Assembly (NCBI GenBank): GCA_030637655.1
Contig: DAOWGI010000068.1
Coordinates: 1 to 16,423, forward strand
Source of the DNA: a candidate division FCPU426 bacterium
GTDB lineage: Bacteria > Oederibacteriota > JAAXVQ01 > JAUVAV01
DNA: 16,423 nucleotides
Direction of reading: 5' to 3'
Shown here: piece by piece, positions 7,319 through 16,213 of the stretch
How positions within the stretch are numbered: the stretch's first letter is position 1
Layout of the letters: the number at the start of each line of letters is the position of its first letter
Notes under the pieces: model-generated
Seen by the model: the letters and a program-made list of their open reading frames with translations, nothing else
The model's database searches: none
What the model was told of the DNA's origin: nothing
Position numbers and translations under genes: made by a program

Positions 7319-10300
7319 TTGTGGCAATGCTCTCATAATAGTGTGCTTTAAGAGCGTTCACTTCCACAGATAAATCCGAAAAGGATTGAAACAGTGAGGT
7401 GTGATCTGCCCGGGATTTGGCCAGCTCATCCAAACGGAGGGTCTGACTTCGAACCCGTTCGCAGGATAAATTGGCGGCAGTTCCTTTAAGCGAATGAACG
7501 GTTTTTCGGATGGCCGTATAATCCATTTGGGAGATAGCTTCTTTTAGTGTTGGCAATAATTTTTCGGAGTTTTGAATAAAGGATTGCAGAAGTTCATTGA
7601 GCAGACCCTGATCACCGTCTGCCCGGTCCAAAGCAGACCGCAAATTGACAATTGGCATATCCGTAGCATCATACACCAGTGGCTCAATCACCGCGTGGGA
7701 GAGTTCCTTAGATTCATTCTTGGCCTGGCGGATATGTTCAGTTAATCTATCCAACAGCTCAAAGAGTTTATGACGATTGATGGGTTTGGAAATATAATCG
7801 TCCATACCTGAAGCCAGACAGCGTTCGCGGTCTCCTTGCAACGCGTGTGCGGTCATAGCAATGATGGGCACATGCCGTCCAGTGCCGGCTTCCTGCTTGC
7901 GGATTTCAGCAGTGGCTTCAAGACCGTCCATATGCGGCATTTGCACATCCATTAGCACAATATCGAAGCTGTATTCCTGAAGTTTTTGCAAGGCTTGTTC
8001 GCCGTCTTCGGCTTCGGATATGGCATCGCCGCGTTTGGATAAAAGCGCGATCATTAATTGGCGGTTGATGGAATTGTCTTCGACCACCAAAATGTTGAGT
8101 TGTCGCTGTTTTTCTTTAAGCACGTGTTTGGTAATCATGGAGGGTTTTTTACTTAGGGTATTATCTGTGCATAATCCCATGGTGACTGCGTTCTGCAAGT
8201 CTGATTTTTTAATGGGTTTGGTCAAATAGCCGGAAATGCCCAATTGGCGTGAACGGGCGCCATCACCTCGGCGACCGGCAGATGTAATCATGAAAATTTT
8301 GATATTTTTAACCAGCTTTTTCTGGTTGAGTTTTTCAACTACTTCAAAGCCATCCATGCCAGGCAGTAGAATATCCAGCAGTATCAGGTCAAACTGGTTT
8401 TTGTTATCTTCTGCTGATTGGATCAAATCCAGGGCAGAGGGTCCGTCTTCCGCTTCTTGGGTGATCATTTTCCAGGAATTTAGGATTTCTTTGTAAATCC
8501 GGCGATTGATGGGATTGTCATCAACAATGAGAACGCGCACTCCCTCCAGGGAGAAGTTGGGTTTTATATCTAGGGAATGCGGTTCTTTCTGCATCGGGAA
8601 GGAAAGTTCCAGAGTAAAGGTACTGCCTTGGTTGATCTCGCTTTTTACCTCAATTTTACCTCCCATGAGCTCCACCAATTGTCTGGTAATGGAAAGACCC
8701 AGTCCGGTTCCTCCGTAGCGGCGGGTACTTGAAGCGTCCGCTTGGGTAAAGGACTCGAAAATAACTTTGTGTTTATCTTTGGGTATGCCAACGCCGGTAT
8801 CTGTGACTGTAAGGATCAGATCCGCGGTTTGCGTGTTTTCCGATTTGAGATCCACGGCAAGCACGATATCCCCGTGGTCCGTAAATTTAATGGAATTGCC
8901 GATAAGATTAATTATGATTTGTCGCAATCGGCCCGGATCACCTATCAGGGCAGTAGGTACAGAGGGTGAAATGCGGCATGCCAGTTCGAGGTTTTTCTCG
9001 CCGGCCCGGTTGGCCAAAGTCTCGGCAGAGGTCTCGACCACGTTGCGCAGATCAAAATCGATTTCCTCCAGCGTGAAATGACCAGCTTCGATTTTGGAGA
9101 AGTCAAGAATGTCGTTGATTAAATTGAGCAGAGAGTCGGATGAGGTTACTGCTTTATTCAGATAATCCCGTTGTTCGGCGGTCAGATCCAAATCCAGCGT
9201 CAATTGTATCATGCCAACGATCGCGTTCATAGGTGTTCGGATTTCATGGCTCATGTTGGCCAAGAATACAGTTTTAGCCAAACTGGCTTGTTCCGCCAGC
9301 ACGGCCAGCTCATTGGCTTGGCGTACTGCTTCAGCCAGAAGATGATTGGCTTTTTCAGCTTCCAGGCGAGCTTGGTAAAGTTCGGAAATATTAACCAAAG
9401 CCACCAGGATTGCCTTCTTGCCGGCCAGGGTAATCGGCAGAATGGTTCTTAACACAGGTAATTTTTGATTATCAAAACGCTGGATAAATATTTCCTGGGT
9501 TGCGGATTTTTTAATGTCCTCCCATTGTGGGGAAAGATTATTTTTGTCGATATTTAAAATATCCTTAAACGAATAATTATCCAGTTCCAGCTCGTTTTGA
9601 GCTCCGATCATTTCCATGGCAGCAGCATTGAGTGTGTGCTTTTTAAAATAACGGTCAACAATAATGACGCCGACCGGCAGTTTTTCTAAAATTGTTTTAG
9701 GAACATCCAAGGCGGATTGCAGCTGCTCATGAATGCGCATGCGCTGAATAACATTGGCAATATTGCCGGCCAGAGAAACCAGCAGGTAGTCCTCATTTTT
9801 GCTCCACTTATGTTCAGCGCAGCAGTCATCAAAACCAAGAAACCCCCAGAAAACATTCTCAACATGAATAGGAACTAAAATAAAGGAATAAATATTTTGC
9901 GGTAGCAAGAAGTCCTGCTCCACTTTGGGCAGATCCTGGACCACGCTACGGATATTCTTGCCGGAACTGAGCGTGTAATGCCAGCGTGAGTATTCCGGCG
10001 CGCTGTAGAGGCGATTTTCAGAGCTCGGATTATCAATTAGTTCAGTGATATTTTCACGGCACCATTCGAAGCGACGGCTGAAAGCCAATTGGCCGTTTTC
10101 CGGATGGGGATGATTCTGACATATATAAGCACGTGAGAAACCGGTGATTCGTCCGATAGTGGACAATATTTCGCTCATGGCAACAGGATAATCTTCTTCA
10201 TAGTTGAAAATAGTCAACAATCGATCAGTGGCCTCGCCGGCTCCTTGCAGCAGAATATCTTGATTTGATTTTTCTTTATCCAATTCCAGACGATAACCGA

Positions 10301-10517
10301 TTTCTTTTTGCATCAATTCGCTCAGGATCGAGAGGTCATAGGCTGCTTCGTTAAAGGTCGCTTCCAAACTTTCATGGCCGTTTTCGATTATATTGAAACG
10401 TTCTTTGAGCAGTTTATAGATTTGATAAAGCAGGGGTACCAGCAACGTGATAATAATTACCACTGATCCGAGCAGGAGGTAAATAAACCAATGTGAAGAA
10501 ATAAGATCGTAATTCAA
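7314..10517 (-). CDS. Unorthodox hybrid sensor histidine kinase (TM-GAF-PAS-HisKA-HATPase-REC-REC-HPt), 1067 aa
   Basis: N-terminal hydrophobic helix, GAF ([10 protein letters not shown]), PAS-like segment, H-box [37 protein letters not shown], two REC domains (LLDILLP, LMDVQMP), HPt [14 protein letters not shown] start with AAGGAG RBS. Confidence 0.95.
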   Translation of the reverse strand: MNYDLISSHWFIYLLLGSVVIIITLLVPLLYQIYKLLKERFNIIENGHESLEATFNEAAYDLSILSELMQKEIGYRLELDKEKSNQDILLQGAGEATDRLLTIFNYEEDYPVAMSEILSTIGRITGFSRAYICQNHPHPENGQLAFSRRFEWCRENITELIDNPSSENRLYSAPEYSRWHYTLSSGKNIRSVVQDLPKVEQDFLLPQNIYSFILVPIHVENVFWGFLGFDDCCAEHKWSKNEDYLLVSLAGNIANVIQRMRIHEQLQSALDVPKTILEKLPVGVIIVDRYFKKHTLNAAAMEMIGAQNELELDNYSFKDILNIDKNNLSPQWEDIKKSATQEIFIQRFDNQKLPVLRTILPITLAGKKAILVALVNISELYQARLEAEKANHLLAEAVRQANELAVLAEQASLAKTVFLANMSHEIRTPMNAIVGMIQLTLDLDLTAEQRDYLNKAVTSSDSLLNLINDILDFSKIEAGHFTLEEIDFDLRNVVETSAETLANRAGEKNLELACRISPSVPTALIGDPGRLRQIIINLIGNSIKFTDHGDIVLAVDLKSENTQTADLILTVTDTGVGIPKDKHKVIFESFTQADASSTRRYGGTGLGLSITRQLVELMGGKIEVKSEINQGSTFTLELSFPMQKEPHSLDIKPNFSLEGVRVLIVDDNPINRRIYKEILNSWKMITQEAEDGPSALDLIQSAEDNKNQFDLILLDILLPGMDGFEVVEKLNQKKLVKNIKIFMITSAGRRGDGARSRQLGISGYLTKPIKKSDLQNAVTMGLCTDNTLSKKPSMITKHVLKEKQRQLNILVVEDNSINRQLMIALLSKRGDAISEAEDGEQALQKLQEYSFDIVLMDVQMPHMDGLEATAEIRKQEAGTGRHVPIIAMTAHALQGDRERCLASGMDDYISKPINRHKLFELLDRLTEHIRQAKNESKELSHAVIEPLVYDATDMPIVNLRSALDRADGDQGLLNELLQSFIQNSEKLLPTLKEAISQMDYTAIRKTVHSLKGTAANLSCERVRSQTLRLDELAKSRADHTSLFQSFSDLSVEVNALKAHYYESIATT

Positions 10518-10646
10518 AACGTCCGGCTCCTTTTAGTTTCACGCCACGAATTTGGTACTGTTAGTAACGGGTATTTTTCATGAAAACCTAACAAAATAAA
10601 GCGCAAATGTAGCCTGGACGCATCCGGGGGCATCTGAAAAAATGTC

Positions 10647-10675
10647 TTGCATTCCCTGGGTGGGAAGGATACAAT
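10647..10675 (+). promoter_or_regulatory. Sigma70-type promoter for enolase
   Basis: TTGCAT (10647-10652), 17 nt spacer, TACAAT (10670-10675). GGAGG RBS before the ATG at 10750. Confidence 0.6.
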
Positions 10676-10749
10676 ACCGCCTGTTTTTACTCGCTCGATC
10701 CTATGAAAAATCCAGAATAGTGAGAAATTCAAATATTTAGGAGGGAAAA

Positions 10750-12027
10750 ATGTCTACTACAATTAAAGAGGTAAAAGCGCTGGAAATTCTTGATTCTCGC
10801 GGAAATCCGACTGTGCGTGTCATGGTGACGTTGGAAAACGGAATTACAGCCAAAGCTTCAGTGCCTTCCGGTGCGTCAACCGGTGAGCATGAAGCCGTAG
10901 AATTGCGTGATGGTGATAAAACGCGCTATTTGGGTAAAGGAACCACTCAGGCAGTAGCCAATGTCAACGGTCCAATTGCCCAAGCCGTTGTCGGCCAAGA
11001 TGCGATGAATTTTAAAGCCATAGATAAAATCATGATCGCTTTGGATGGAACTCCCAACAAAGCCAAATTGGGCGCCAATGCTATTTTGGGTGTATCCATG
11101 GCAGTAGTAGCTGTTGGGGCTCAGTCCAAAGGCCTGCCAATTTACAAATATCTGGGTGGTGATGATGCTTGTGTGCTGCCGGCGCCTATGATGAATATCA
11201 TCAACGGTGGCCAGCACGCGGACAACAGTGTGGATTTTCAGGAATTTATGGTCATGCCGCTGGGTCGGCCAAGTTTCAAGGAAGCCCTGCGCGCGGGCGC
11301 GGAAACATTTCATCACCTGTCCAAGATATTGAAGAAAAAAGGTTATTCTACCGCAGTAGGTGATGAGGGCGGATTTGCGCCGAACCTGAAGAGCAATGAA
11401 GAAGCCTGTGATGTTATCCTGGAAGCGATCAAAGCGGCCGGCTATGAACCTGGCAAAGACATTATGATCGCCTTGGATCCGGCAACCAGCTCGTTTTATG
11501 AAGAGGGCAAATACAATCTAAAAGATTCCGGAACCGGCATTAAAACCACGGATGAAATGATCGCGCTCTGGAAAGAATGGATTGAGAAGTATCCCATTGT
11601 TTCCATCGAGGATGCTTTGGATGAAAACGATTGGGAAGGATTCCAGCGTTTTACCGCAGAAGTGGGAGATAAAATTCAGATTGTTGGTGATGATTTATTG
11701 GTGACTAATCCGGCGTTTGTGAAAAAAGGCATTGAAATGAAAGCGGCCAATGCTGTCTTGGTAAAAGTGAATCAGATTGGTTCTGTTTCAGAGACCATTG
11801 CTACCATCGATCTGTGCAAAGAAGCCGGCTGGAATTATGTCATTTCACACCGCAGCGGTGAAACCGAGGACATCTTTATCGCGGATTTAGCAGTAGCCAT
11901 GGGCGGAGCAGAGATCAAGACCGGTTCAGCCAGCCGCAGTGACCGTGTTGCCAAGTATAATCGCTTGCTCGAGATCGAAGCGGAACTCGGCGACAAAGCG
12001 GTGTATAAAAATGTGGTGAGTAAGTAA
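10750..12027 (+). CDS. eno: Enolase (phosphopyruvate hydratase), 425 aa
   Basis: [51 protein letters not shown]...RVAKYN. Confidence 0.99.
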   Translation: MSTTIKEVKALEILDSRGNPTVRVMVTLENGITAKASVPSGASTGEHEAVELRDGDKTRYLGKGTTQAVANVNGPIAQAVVGQDAMNFKAIDKIMIALDGTPNKAKLGANAILGVSMAVVAVGAQSKGLPIYKYLGGDDACVLPAPMMNIINGGQHADNSVDFQEFMVMPLGRPSFKEALRAGAETFHHLSKILKKKGYSTAVGDEGGFAPNLKSNEEACDVILEAIKAAGYEPGKDIMIALDPATSSFYEEGKYNLKDSGTGIKTTDEMIALWKEWIEKYPIVSIEDALDENDWEGFQRFTAEVGDKIQIVGDDLLVTNPAFVKKGIEMKAANAVLVKVNQIGSVSETIATIDLCKEAGWNYVISHRSGETEDIFIADLAVAMGGAEIKTGSASRSDRVAKYNRLLEIEAELGDKAVYKNVVSK

Positions 12028-12050
12028 CACAGATTACACGGATTAAACCG

Positions 12051-12078
12051 GGGCGGATTATACAACCCGCCCTTTTTT
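12051..12078 (+). terminator. Rho-independent terminator of eno
   Basis: GGGCGGATT-ATAC-AACCCGCCC stem (one mismatch) followed by TTTTTT, 23 nt after the stop codon. Confidence 0.75.
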
Positions 12079-12115
12079 ATTGGTTACAAATAGATGTATA
12101 CCATATTTTTTAAGT

Positions 12116-12280
12116 TGTCATCCCCGAATGCAGCCCCCACCCTGTCATCCCCGAATGCTAGTATCGGGGATACGGTTTAAAAAACCAGATTCCTGCCGAA
12201 TGCGTCCCTATATATATATCTTTTCCGGTCGGGGCTGCATTAGCGTCCCTTTTCGATATTTTTCCGGTCGGGGAATGACA
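12116..12280. repeat. TGTCAT...ATGACA palindromic element (165 bp) with two internal inserted modules
   Basis: Left end TGTCATCCCCGAATGCAGCCCC; right end GGGGCTGCATT[insert]CGGGGAATGACA. TGTCATCCCCGAATGC is repeated with a 27-nt period. The left part recurs at 16126. Confidence 0.82.
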
Positions 12281-12339
12281 AAAAAAGGCCTACGCACTGC
12301 CTAAAACGTCCCAGTATTAAATATTCCTTTCCAGTCGTG

Positions 12340-12370
12340 AAAACAGGTGCCAAAACAGGTGCCAGCCACC
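12340..12370. repeat. 12-bp tandem duplication ending in a GGTGCCAGCCACC REP-like motif
   Basis: AAAACAGGTGCC occurs twice (12340-12363) and continues as AGCCACC, forming the short imperfect palindrome GGTG-CCAGC-CACC. Confidence 0.6.
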
Positions 12371-12371
12371 C

Positions 12372-12431
12372 CATCCTTATTTTCGTGATCAGGTAATGGC
12401 TGTGAAAGAGGACATTTATGTCGCAGCGTGA
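12372..12431 (+). pseudogene. C-terminal remnant of a minimal nucleotidyltransferase (MNT/MntA-like antitoxin)
   Basis: Reads HPYFRDQVMAVKEDIYVAA-stop, a typical MNT C-terminus, and overlaps the HEPN start (TATGTCGCAGCGTGA) as in MNT-HEPN operons. There is an in-frame stop upstream at 12318 and no GS...D.D catalytic region. Confidence 0.75.
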
Positions 12432-12759
12432 TGACCGGATCGCCCTGAAACAGATGTTGGATCATGTCAAGGAAGCATTGGATATGATCAAGGGTTTGGA
12501 TAGAGAGTCGATTGATAAGGACCGGAAACTTAACTTGGCTTTGGTTCGCTTGCTGGAAATCGTGGGCGAGGCCGCAGGCCGGGTAAGCAAGGAAACACAA
12601 GAAAAAAACAGAATGATTCCCTGGTTTGAAATAATCAGTTTCAGGAATCGTTTGATACACGGCTATGACGCCGTTGATTTGGATATTCTCTGGGCTATCT
12701 TGAAGGAAGATCTGCCGGAATTGGTTAAAAAATTAAAGGAAATTATTTCTGATCAATAA
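12418..12759 (+). CDS. HEPN / DUF86 (HepT-like) ribonuclease, 113 aa
   Basis: LEIVGEAA, IPW, and RNRLIHGY (RX4H nuclease motif followed by XY), then VDLDILW...DLPEL. Confidence 0.92.
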   Translation: MSQRDDRIALKQMLDHVKEALDMIKGLDRESIDKDRKLNLALVRLLEIVGEAAGRVSKETQEKNRMIPWFEIISFRNRLIHGYDAVDLDILWAILKEDLPELVKKLKEIISDQ

Positions 12760-12794
12760 GCAGGTGCGACTGAATATTCGGCCTTGCGAATGAA

Positions 12795-12864
12795 GTAGGG
12801 GCACGGCCCCCGACCGGAGATGATATTGAAAATGGGATTTCCTTCGGTTATGCCGTGACCCTAC
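12795..12864. repeat. GTAG-type REP palindrome split by a 42-nt insert
   Basis: GTAGGGGCACGGC[12808-12849]ATGCCGTGACCCTAC. Removing the insert gives the near-perfect 28-nt palindrome GTAGGGGCACGGCATGCCGTGACCCTAC. Confidence 0.82.
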
Positions 12865-12873
12865 ACTTTTTTT

Positions 12874-12918
12874 TGCGTTCTCTGCGTTTCCTTGTGCCCC
12901 GAAGGGGTACGCGGTAAA
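12874..12918. repeat. Solo right arm of the CTCTG-type repeat with a 19-nt hairpin insert
   Basis: TGCGTTCTCTGCGTTTC[CTTGTGCCCCGAAGGGGTA]CGCGGTAAA parallels 1676-1725 and 7237-7284. Confidence 0.72.
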
Positions 12919-12929
12919 TACTACCCCGC

Positions 12930-13094
12930 TATAAAAAGAAGCATGAAAAAAATCATGGCTATTTGAGGCCGATAGTTGGAGCGATAGTAAACAAATATCT
13001 GGAATGTGGAGATTTGAGCAGTATGTATTCAGCCTGCCGATAATGTTGCAAGCATGACCGGAAAATGCTCGCGAAATTGTGCCAACCGGCATAA
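12930..13094 (+). pseudogene. Degraded IS91-family (Y2 HUH) transposase remnant
   Basis: Three collinear fragments separated by frameshifting deletions: YKKKHEKNHGYLRPIVGAIVNKYLECGDL (start of the Zn-binding domain), QYVFSLPIML, and KHDRKMLAKLCQPA. They match the order of IS91-like transposase N-terminal motifs as recalled. Confidence 0.68.
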
Positions 13095-13494
13095 TGGTTT
13101 TGCAATTTACATATAGTAGAAGCAATTCGAGTAGAGTTTGTCGCAATATGAGTTACAATTCACCTCTTGCACCGCCGGGTCTCGTTACCGGCTGGAAATG
13201 TAAATTGAGTCGCGAATTAGATTTTGGTGCAAAATTCAGGTATAAAGTTATGAACGTCCAGTTTCCCGTCAGTTTCCCGGGGAAGATCACCACGTCCCCA
13301 AATTCATTTTATCGATTTTATATTTGTATTTCGGAGAGTTTTATTAGAATATAAATAGGCACCAACTAGAGTAAATGTGCATCCTGCCGGGTGGAAATAA
13401 ATTTTTGTTGCCTGAATTAATCCGAGCGTAATATTAATGTCCGCCCTTCCAGATGTTTGTTTGCGGAATTAATGTGGGAGTTGGAGCGCTGAGT

Positions 13495-13537
13495 TTTCAA
13501 ATTGAAACTTTCCAGAACAAAGAAATAAGTTCTGGAA
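13495..13537. promoter_or_regulatory. Two short inverted repeats upstream of the SDR gene (possible operator or 5'-UTR hairpin)
   Basis: TTTCAA-A-TTGAAA (13495-13507) and TTCCAGAAC-N10-GTTCTGGAA (13510-13537). Confidence 0.3.
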
Positions 13538-13559
13538 TAGAGAAAAATGGCGGTGAATT

Positions 13560-14363
13560 ATGCAAAGCTTTAAGAATAAAACGATATTAATTACAGGCGG
13601 AGCGAACGGGATTGGAAAGCTGTTGGCGCTAAAATTCGCCGGTAAGGGTGCGGAAGTTATAATTTGGGATATCGATAAACCAAAGATAAATCAACTCGAA
13701 CAGGAAGCGGCTGAAAAGGGGTACAACTTAACCGCTTTTTTCTGTGATCTCTCCCAAAGAGACATGATATATGACACGGCTGAGAAAACATTGGAGATGA
13801 AAGGTAAAGTCGATATTTTGATTAATAACGCCGGCATTGTGAATGGTCAATGCATTTTGGAAACAGCTGATGATGAGATTCAACGTTTAATGGATATAAA
13901 TCTTATGTCCCAGTTTTGGATGATCAAGGCATTTTTGCCAAGCATGCTTAAGGCGGATGCCGGGTACGTGGTATTTATCGCTTCGGCGGCAGGTATGTTT
14001 GGCGCATCACGTTTGGCGGATTATAGTGCTAGTAAATTCGGCAATTTTGGATTTCACGAGTCATTGAATTGGGAATTAAGAGACTTAGGCTCGAAGGTCC
14101 GGACCATGGTGGTTTGTCCGCTGGTGATCAATACCGCGCTATTTGCCGGAGTGCGTGGACGTTTTCTTTTGCCGGTTTTAAAAACCGACTATGTTGTAAA
14201 TAAAATAATCAAAGCGATTGCCAAGAATAAAAAATATCTTTTTATTCCCGGCCGAGTTAGACTGATTTGGCTTTTACGCTTATTGCCCACGCCGGTTTTT
14301 GAATGGCTGATAAATTTACTGGGGCTCAATCGTACTATGAACGGCTTTGTCGGAAGGTCATAG
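13560..14363 (+). CDS. Short-chain dehydrogenase/reductase (retinol-dehydrogenase / 17beta-HSD XI-like), 267 aa
   Basis: TGGANGIG, WDID (acidic residue suggesting NAD preference), NNAGIV, catalytic Ser (IASAAG), YSASK, VVCP. Confidence 0.92.
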   Translation: MQSFKNKTILITGGANGIGKLLALKFAGKGAEVIIWDIDKPKINQLEQEAAEKGYNLTAFFCDLSQRDMIYDTAEKTLEMKGKVDILINNAGIVNGQCILETADDEIQRLMDINLMSQFWMIKAFLPSMLKADAGYVVFIASAAGMFGASRLADYSASKFGNFGFHESLNWELRDLGSKVRTMVVCPLVINTALFAGVRGRFLLPVLKTDYVVNKIIKAIAKNKKYLFIPGRVRLIWLLRLLPTPVFEWLINLLGLNRTMNGFVGRS

Positions 14364-14444
14364 GATCGGGCGCGCTTGGCCTTTGAATTACGCACAACCG
14401 GAACTGATTAATTGATCTTGGGTATTTGGAGAAGTGAGGAAATT

Positions 14445-15827
14445 ATGAATAAGTCAGATATCGCAAAAACAATTGAAATGCAGAGAAGTTTTTTTATGAC
14501 GCATAAGACTAAAGATATCCAATTCAGATTAGTCGCGCTTAGAAAATTGCGGAAAGCGATATGGGAATACGAACATAAAATATACCAGGCTCTATACGCG
14601 GACTTGAAAAAATCAAAAAATGAATCCTATGGAACGGAAATAGGAATTGTACTCAGCGAAATCAGCATGCATATTCGTAATCTGAAAAAGTGGACCCGGC
14701 CCCAACGAAAAAAAACCTCTCTGATTAATTTTATTTCCAAAGGTTATGTCTATCCGGAACCCTATGGCGTGGTTATGATCCTGGGGGCTTGGAATTATCC
14801 CTTGCAATTAATTTTGAATCCGCTAACCGGAGCGATAGCAGCCGGTAATTGCGCCGCTTTAAAAACCTCGGAATATGCTCCTTATACTGCCGTAGTTATA
14901 GAAGAGATGTTATCCAAATATTTTGCAAAAGAATATATCAGCATTTTTCATGGTGGAATAGAAATCAGCCAAACGCTTTTGCAAGAAAAATTTGATTATA
15001 TATTTTTTACCGGCAATCCCGGTGTCGGACGGGTTATCATGCAAGCGGCTGCCAAGCATCTTACGCCCGTCACGCTTGAACTGGGCGGGAAGAGCCCCGC
15101 GATTGTGGATAAAGATGCTGATATTGATTTGGCCGCTCGCCGGATTATTTGGGGGAAAGGTTTAAATGCCGGCCAGACCTGCATCGCTCCAGATTATGTG
15201 ATGGCTCAAAAAGATATCAAACCGGCATTATTGGAAGCGATGAAAAAATACCTTATTCAATTTTGGGGGGGAGATCCTAAAAATAATGAAGAATATCCCC
15301 GGATAATCAACGAACGGCATTTTGATCGCTTATGCGGTTTAATAAAATCAAGCACAATCTATTTTGGCGGAGAGAGCGACAGAAATCAAAAATATATAGC
15401 TCCCACTCTTTTGGATAATGTTTCGGAGCAGGACCTTATTATGCAAGAAGAGATTTTCGGACCCGTTTTACCGGTGATGGAATTTGTTGAGTTAGACGAG
15501 GTCTTTCATTTCCTGAACAGACGACCCAAACCGTTAGCGCTGTATTATTTTTCCAATGACCAGAAAAAGTCGAAAGAAATTATTGCCAAAACCTCTGCCG
15601 GGGGCGTTTGCATAAACGATACTATGGGCCATACGGCGAATTTGGATATGCCTTTTGGAGGAGTCGGAGAAAGCGGCATGGGAGCCTATCATGGCAAATA
15701 TACTTTCGATGTCTTCACACATTATAAATCCGTAATGATCCGATCAAACATTATCGATCTCTGGTTGAAATACGCACCGTATAAAGGCGAAATCAAACTT
15801 GCCATCGTGAAGCGAATTTTAAAGTGA
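14445..15827 (+). CDS. Aldehyde dehydrogenase, class 3-like (fatty/aromatic aldehyde), 460 aa
   Basis: EPYGVV..WNYP, FFTG, LELGGKSP (catalytic Glu), NAGQTCIAPDY (catalytic Cys), EEIFGP, PFGGVGESGMG.YHG. GAGG RBS before the ATG at 14445. Confidence 0.95.
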   Translation: MNKSDIAKTIEMQRSFFMTHKTKDIQFRLVALRKLRKAIWEYEHKIYQALYADLKKSKNESYGTEIGIVLSEISMHIRNLKKWTRPQRKKTSLINFISKGYVYPEPYGVVMILGAWNYPLQLILNPLTGAIAAGNCAALKTSEYAPYTAVVIEEMLSKYFAKEYISIFHGGIEISQTLLQEKFDYIFFTGNPGVGRVIMQAAAKHLTPVTLELGGKSPAIVDKDADIDLAARRIIWGKGLNAGQTCIAPDYVMAQKDIKPALLEAMKKYLIQFWGGDPKNNEEYPRIINERHFDRLCGLIKSSTIYFGGESDRNQKYIAPTLLDNVSEQDLIMQEEIFGPVLPVMEFVELDEVFHFLNRRPKPLALYYFSNDQKKSKEIIAKTSAGGVCINDTMGHTANLDMPFGGVGESGMGAYHGKYTFDVFTHYKSVMIRSNIIDLWLKYAPYKGEIKLAIVKRILK

Positions 15828-16125
15828 CCTACTCTCCAAAAACCGGAGTGGAATTAGGTTTGGAATTCTGCTAACACGAGCCCGCCAGAAGTTCCGGGGA
15901 CACCATAGAATGACACTAACTTAAGCCTTTATTGCCTTAATTTTTGCCGCTTCCGGGTTTGGTGTGGGTCCCGCCAAGATGTTGTGGCTGCCCGTTGACT
16001 CATAAAGAAATGTTACCGAAGGAAACTCAAAAAGAATAGAAACGCAAACGCGAATTATGAAAAATATTACATAAAGGTTTGTAAAAAAAACTGAGCAAAT
16101 AGAAAGAATCCGTAACCTGAAAGGA

Positions 16126-16211
16126 TGTCATCCTGAATGCAGCCCCCACTCTGTCATCCCCGAATGTTTTTATCCCCGATAAGAGCATTCGAGGACGGAT
16201 ATGGTTTTAAA
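16126..16211 (+). repeat. Left end of the TGTCAT palindromic element, directly upstream of the GIY-YIG gene
   Basis: The first 41 nt match 12116-12157 with two substitutions and one gap. Similarity continues to GGATA(T/C)GGTTT. Confidence 0.85.
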
Positions 16212-16213
16212 GT

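Noticed and set aside
7109-7336. 75-aa minus-strand ORF following the kinase
   Set aside because: It consists largely of repeat sequence read through in one frame and has no protein motifs.
12116-12273. Direct repeats (TGTCATCCCCGAATGC x2 and TTTTCCGGTCGGGG x2) as a mini CRISPR array
   Set aside because: Only two units of each, periods of 27 and about 40 nt, spacers that are not unique (the same spacer recurs at 16126), and no cas genes. A palindromic element explains them better.
12080-12304. 74-aa ORF with repeated CHPRM peptides
   Set aside because: It is a translation of the TGTCATCCCCGAATG repeat and is unlikely to be a gene.
12733-13354. 137-aa (-) and 91-aa (+) ORFs
   Set aside because: They span repeats and the IS91 relic, with no recognisable domain or convincing RBS.
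14412-14444. ORF-track TTG start for the ALDH
   Set aside because: The ATG at 14445 has a GAGG RBS and gives a typical N-terminus.
575-15722. Numerous 60-150 aa ORFs antisense to or out of frame within the main genes
   Set aside because: These are shadow ORFs of well-supported CDSs with no independent evidence.
15908-15990. Possible C-terminal remnant of a RAYT transposase on the minus strand (HLGGTHTKPGSGKN-stop) before the GTGTCCCC motif
   Set aside because: Too short and degenerate to support without a profile search.
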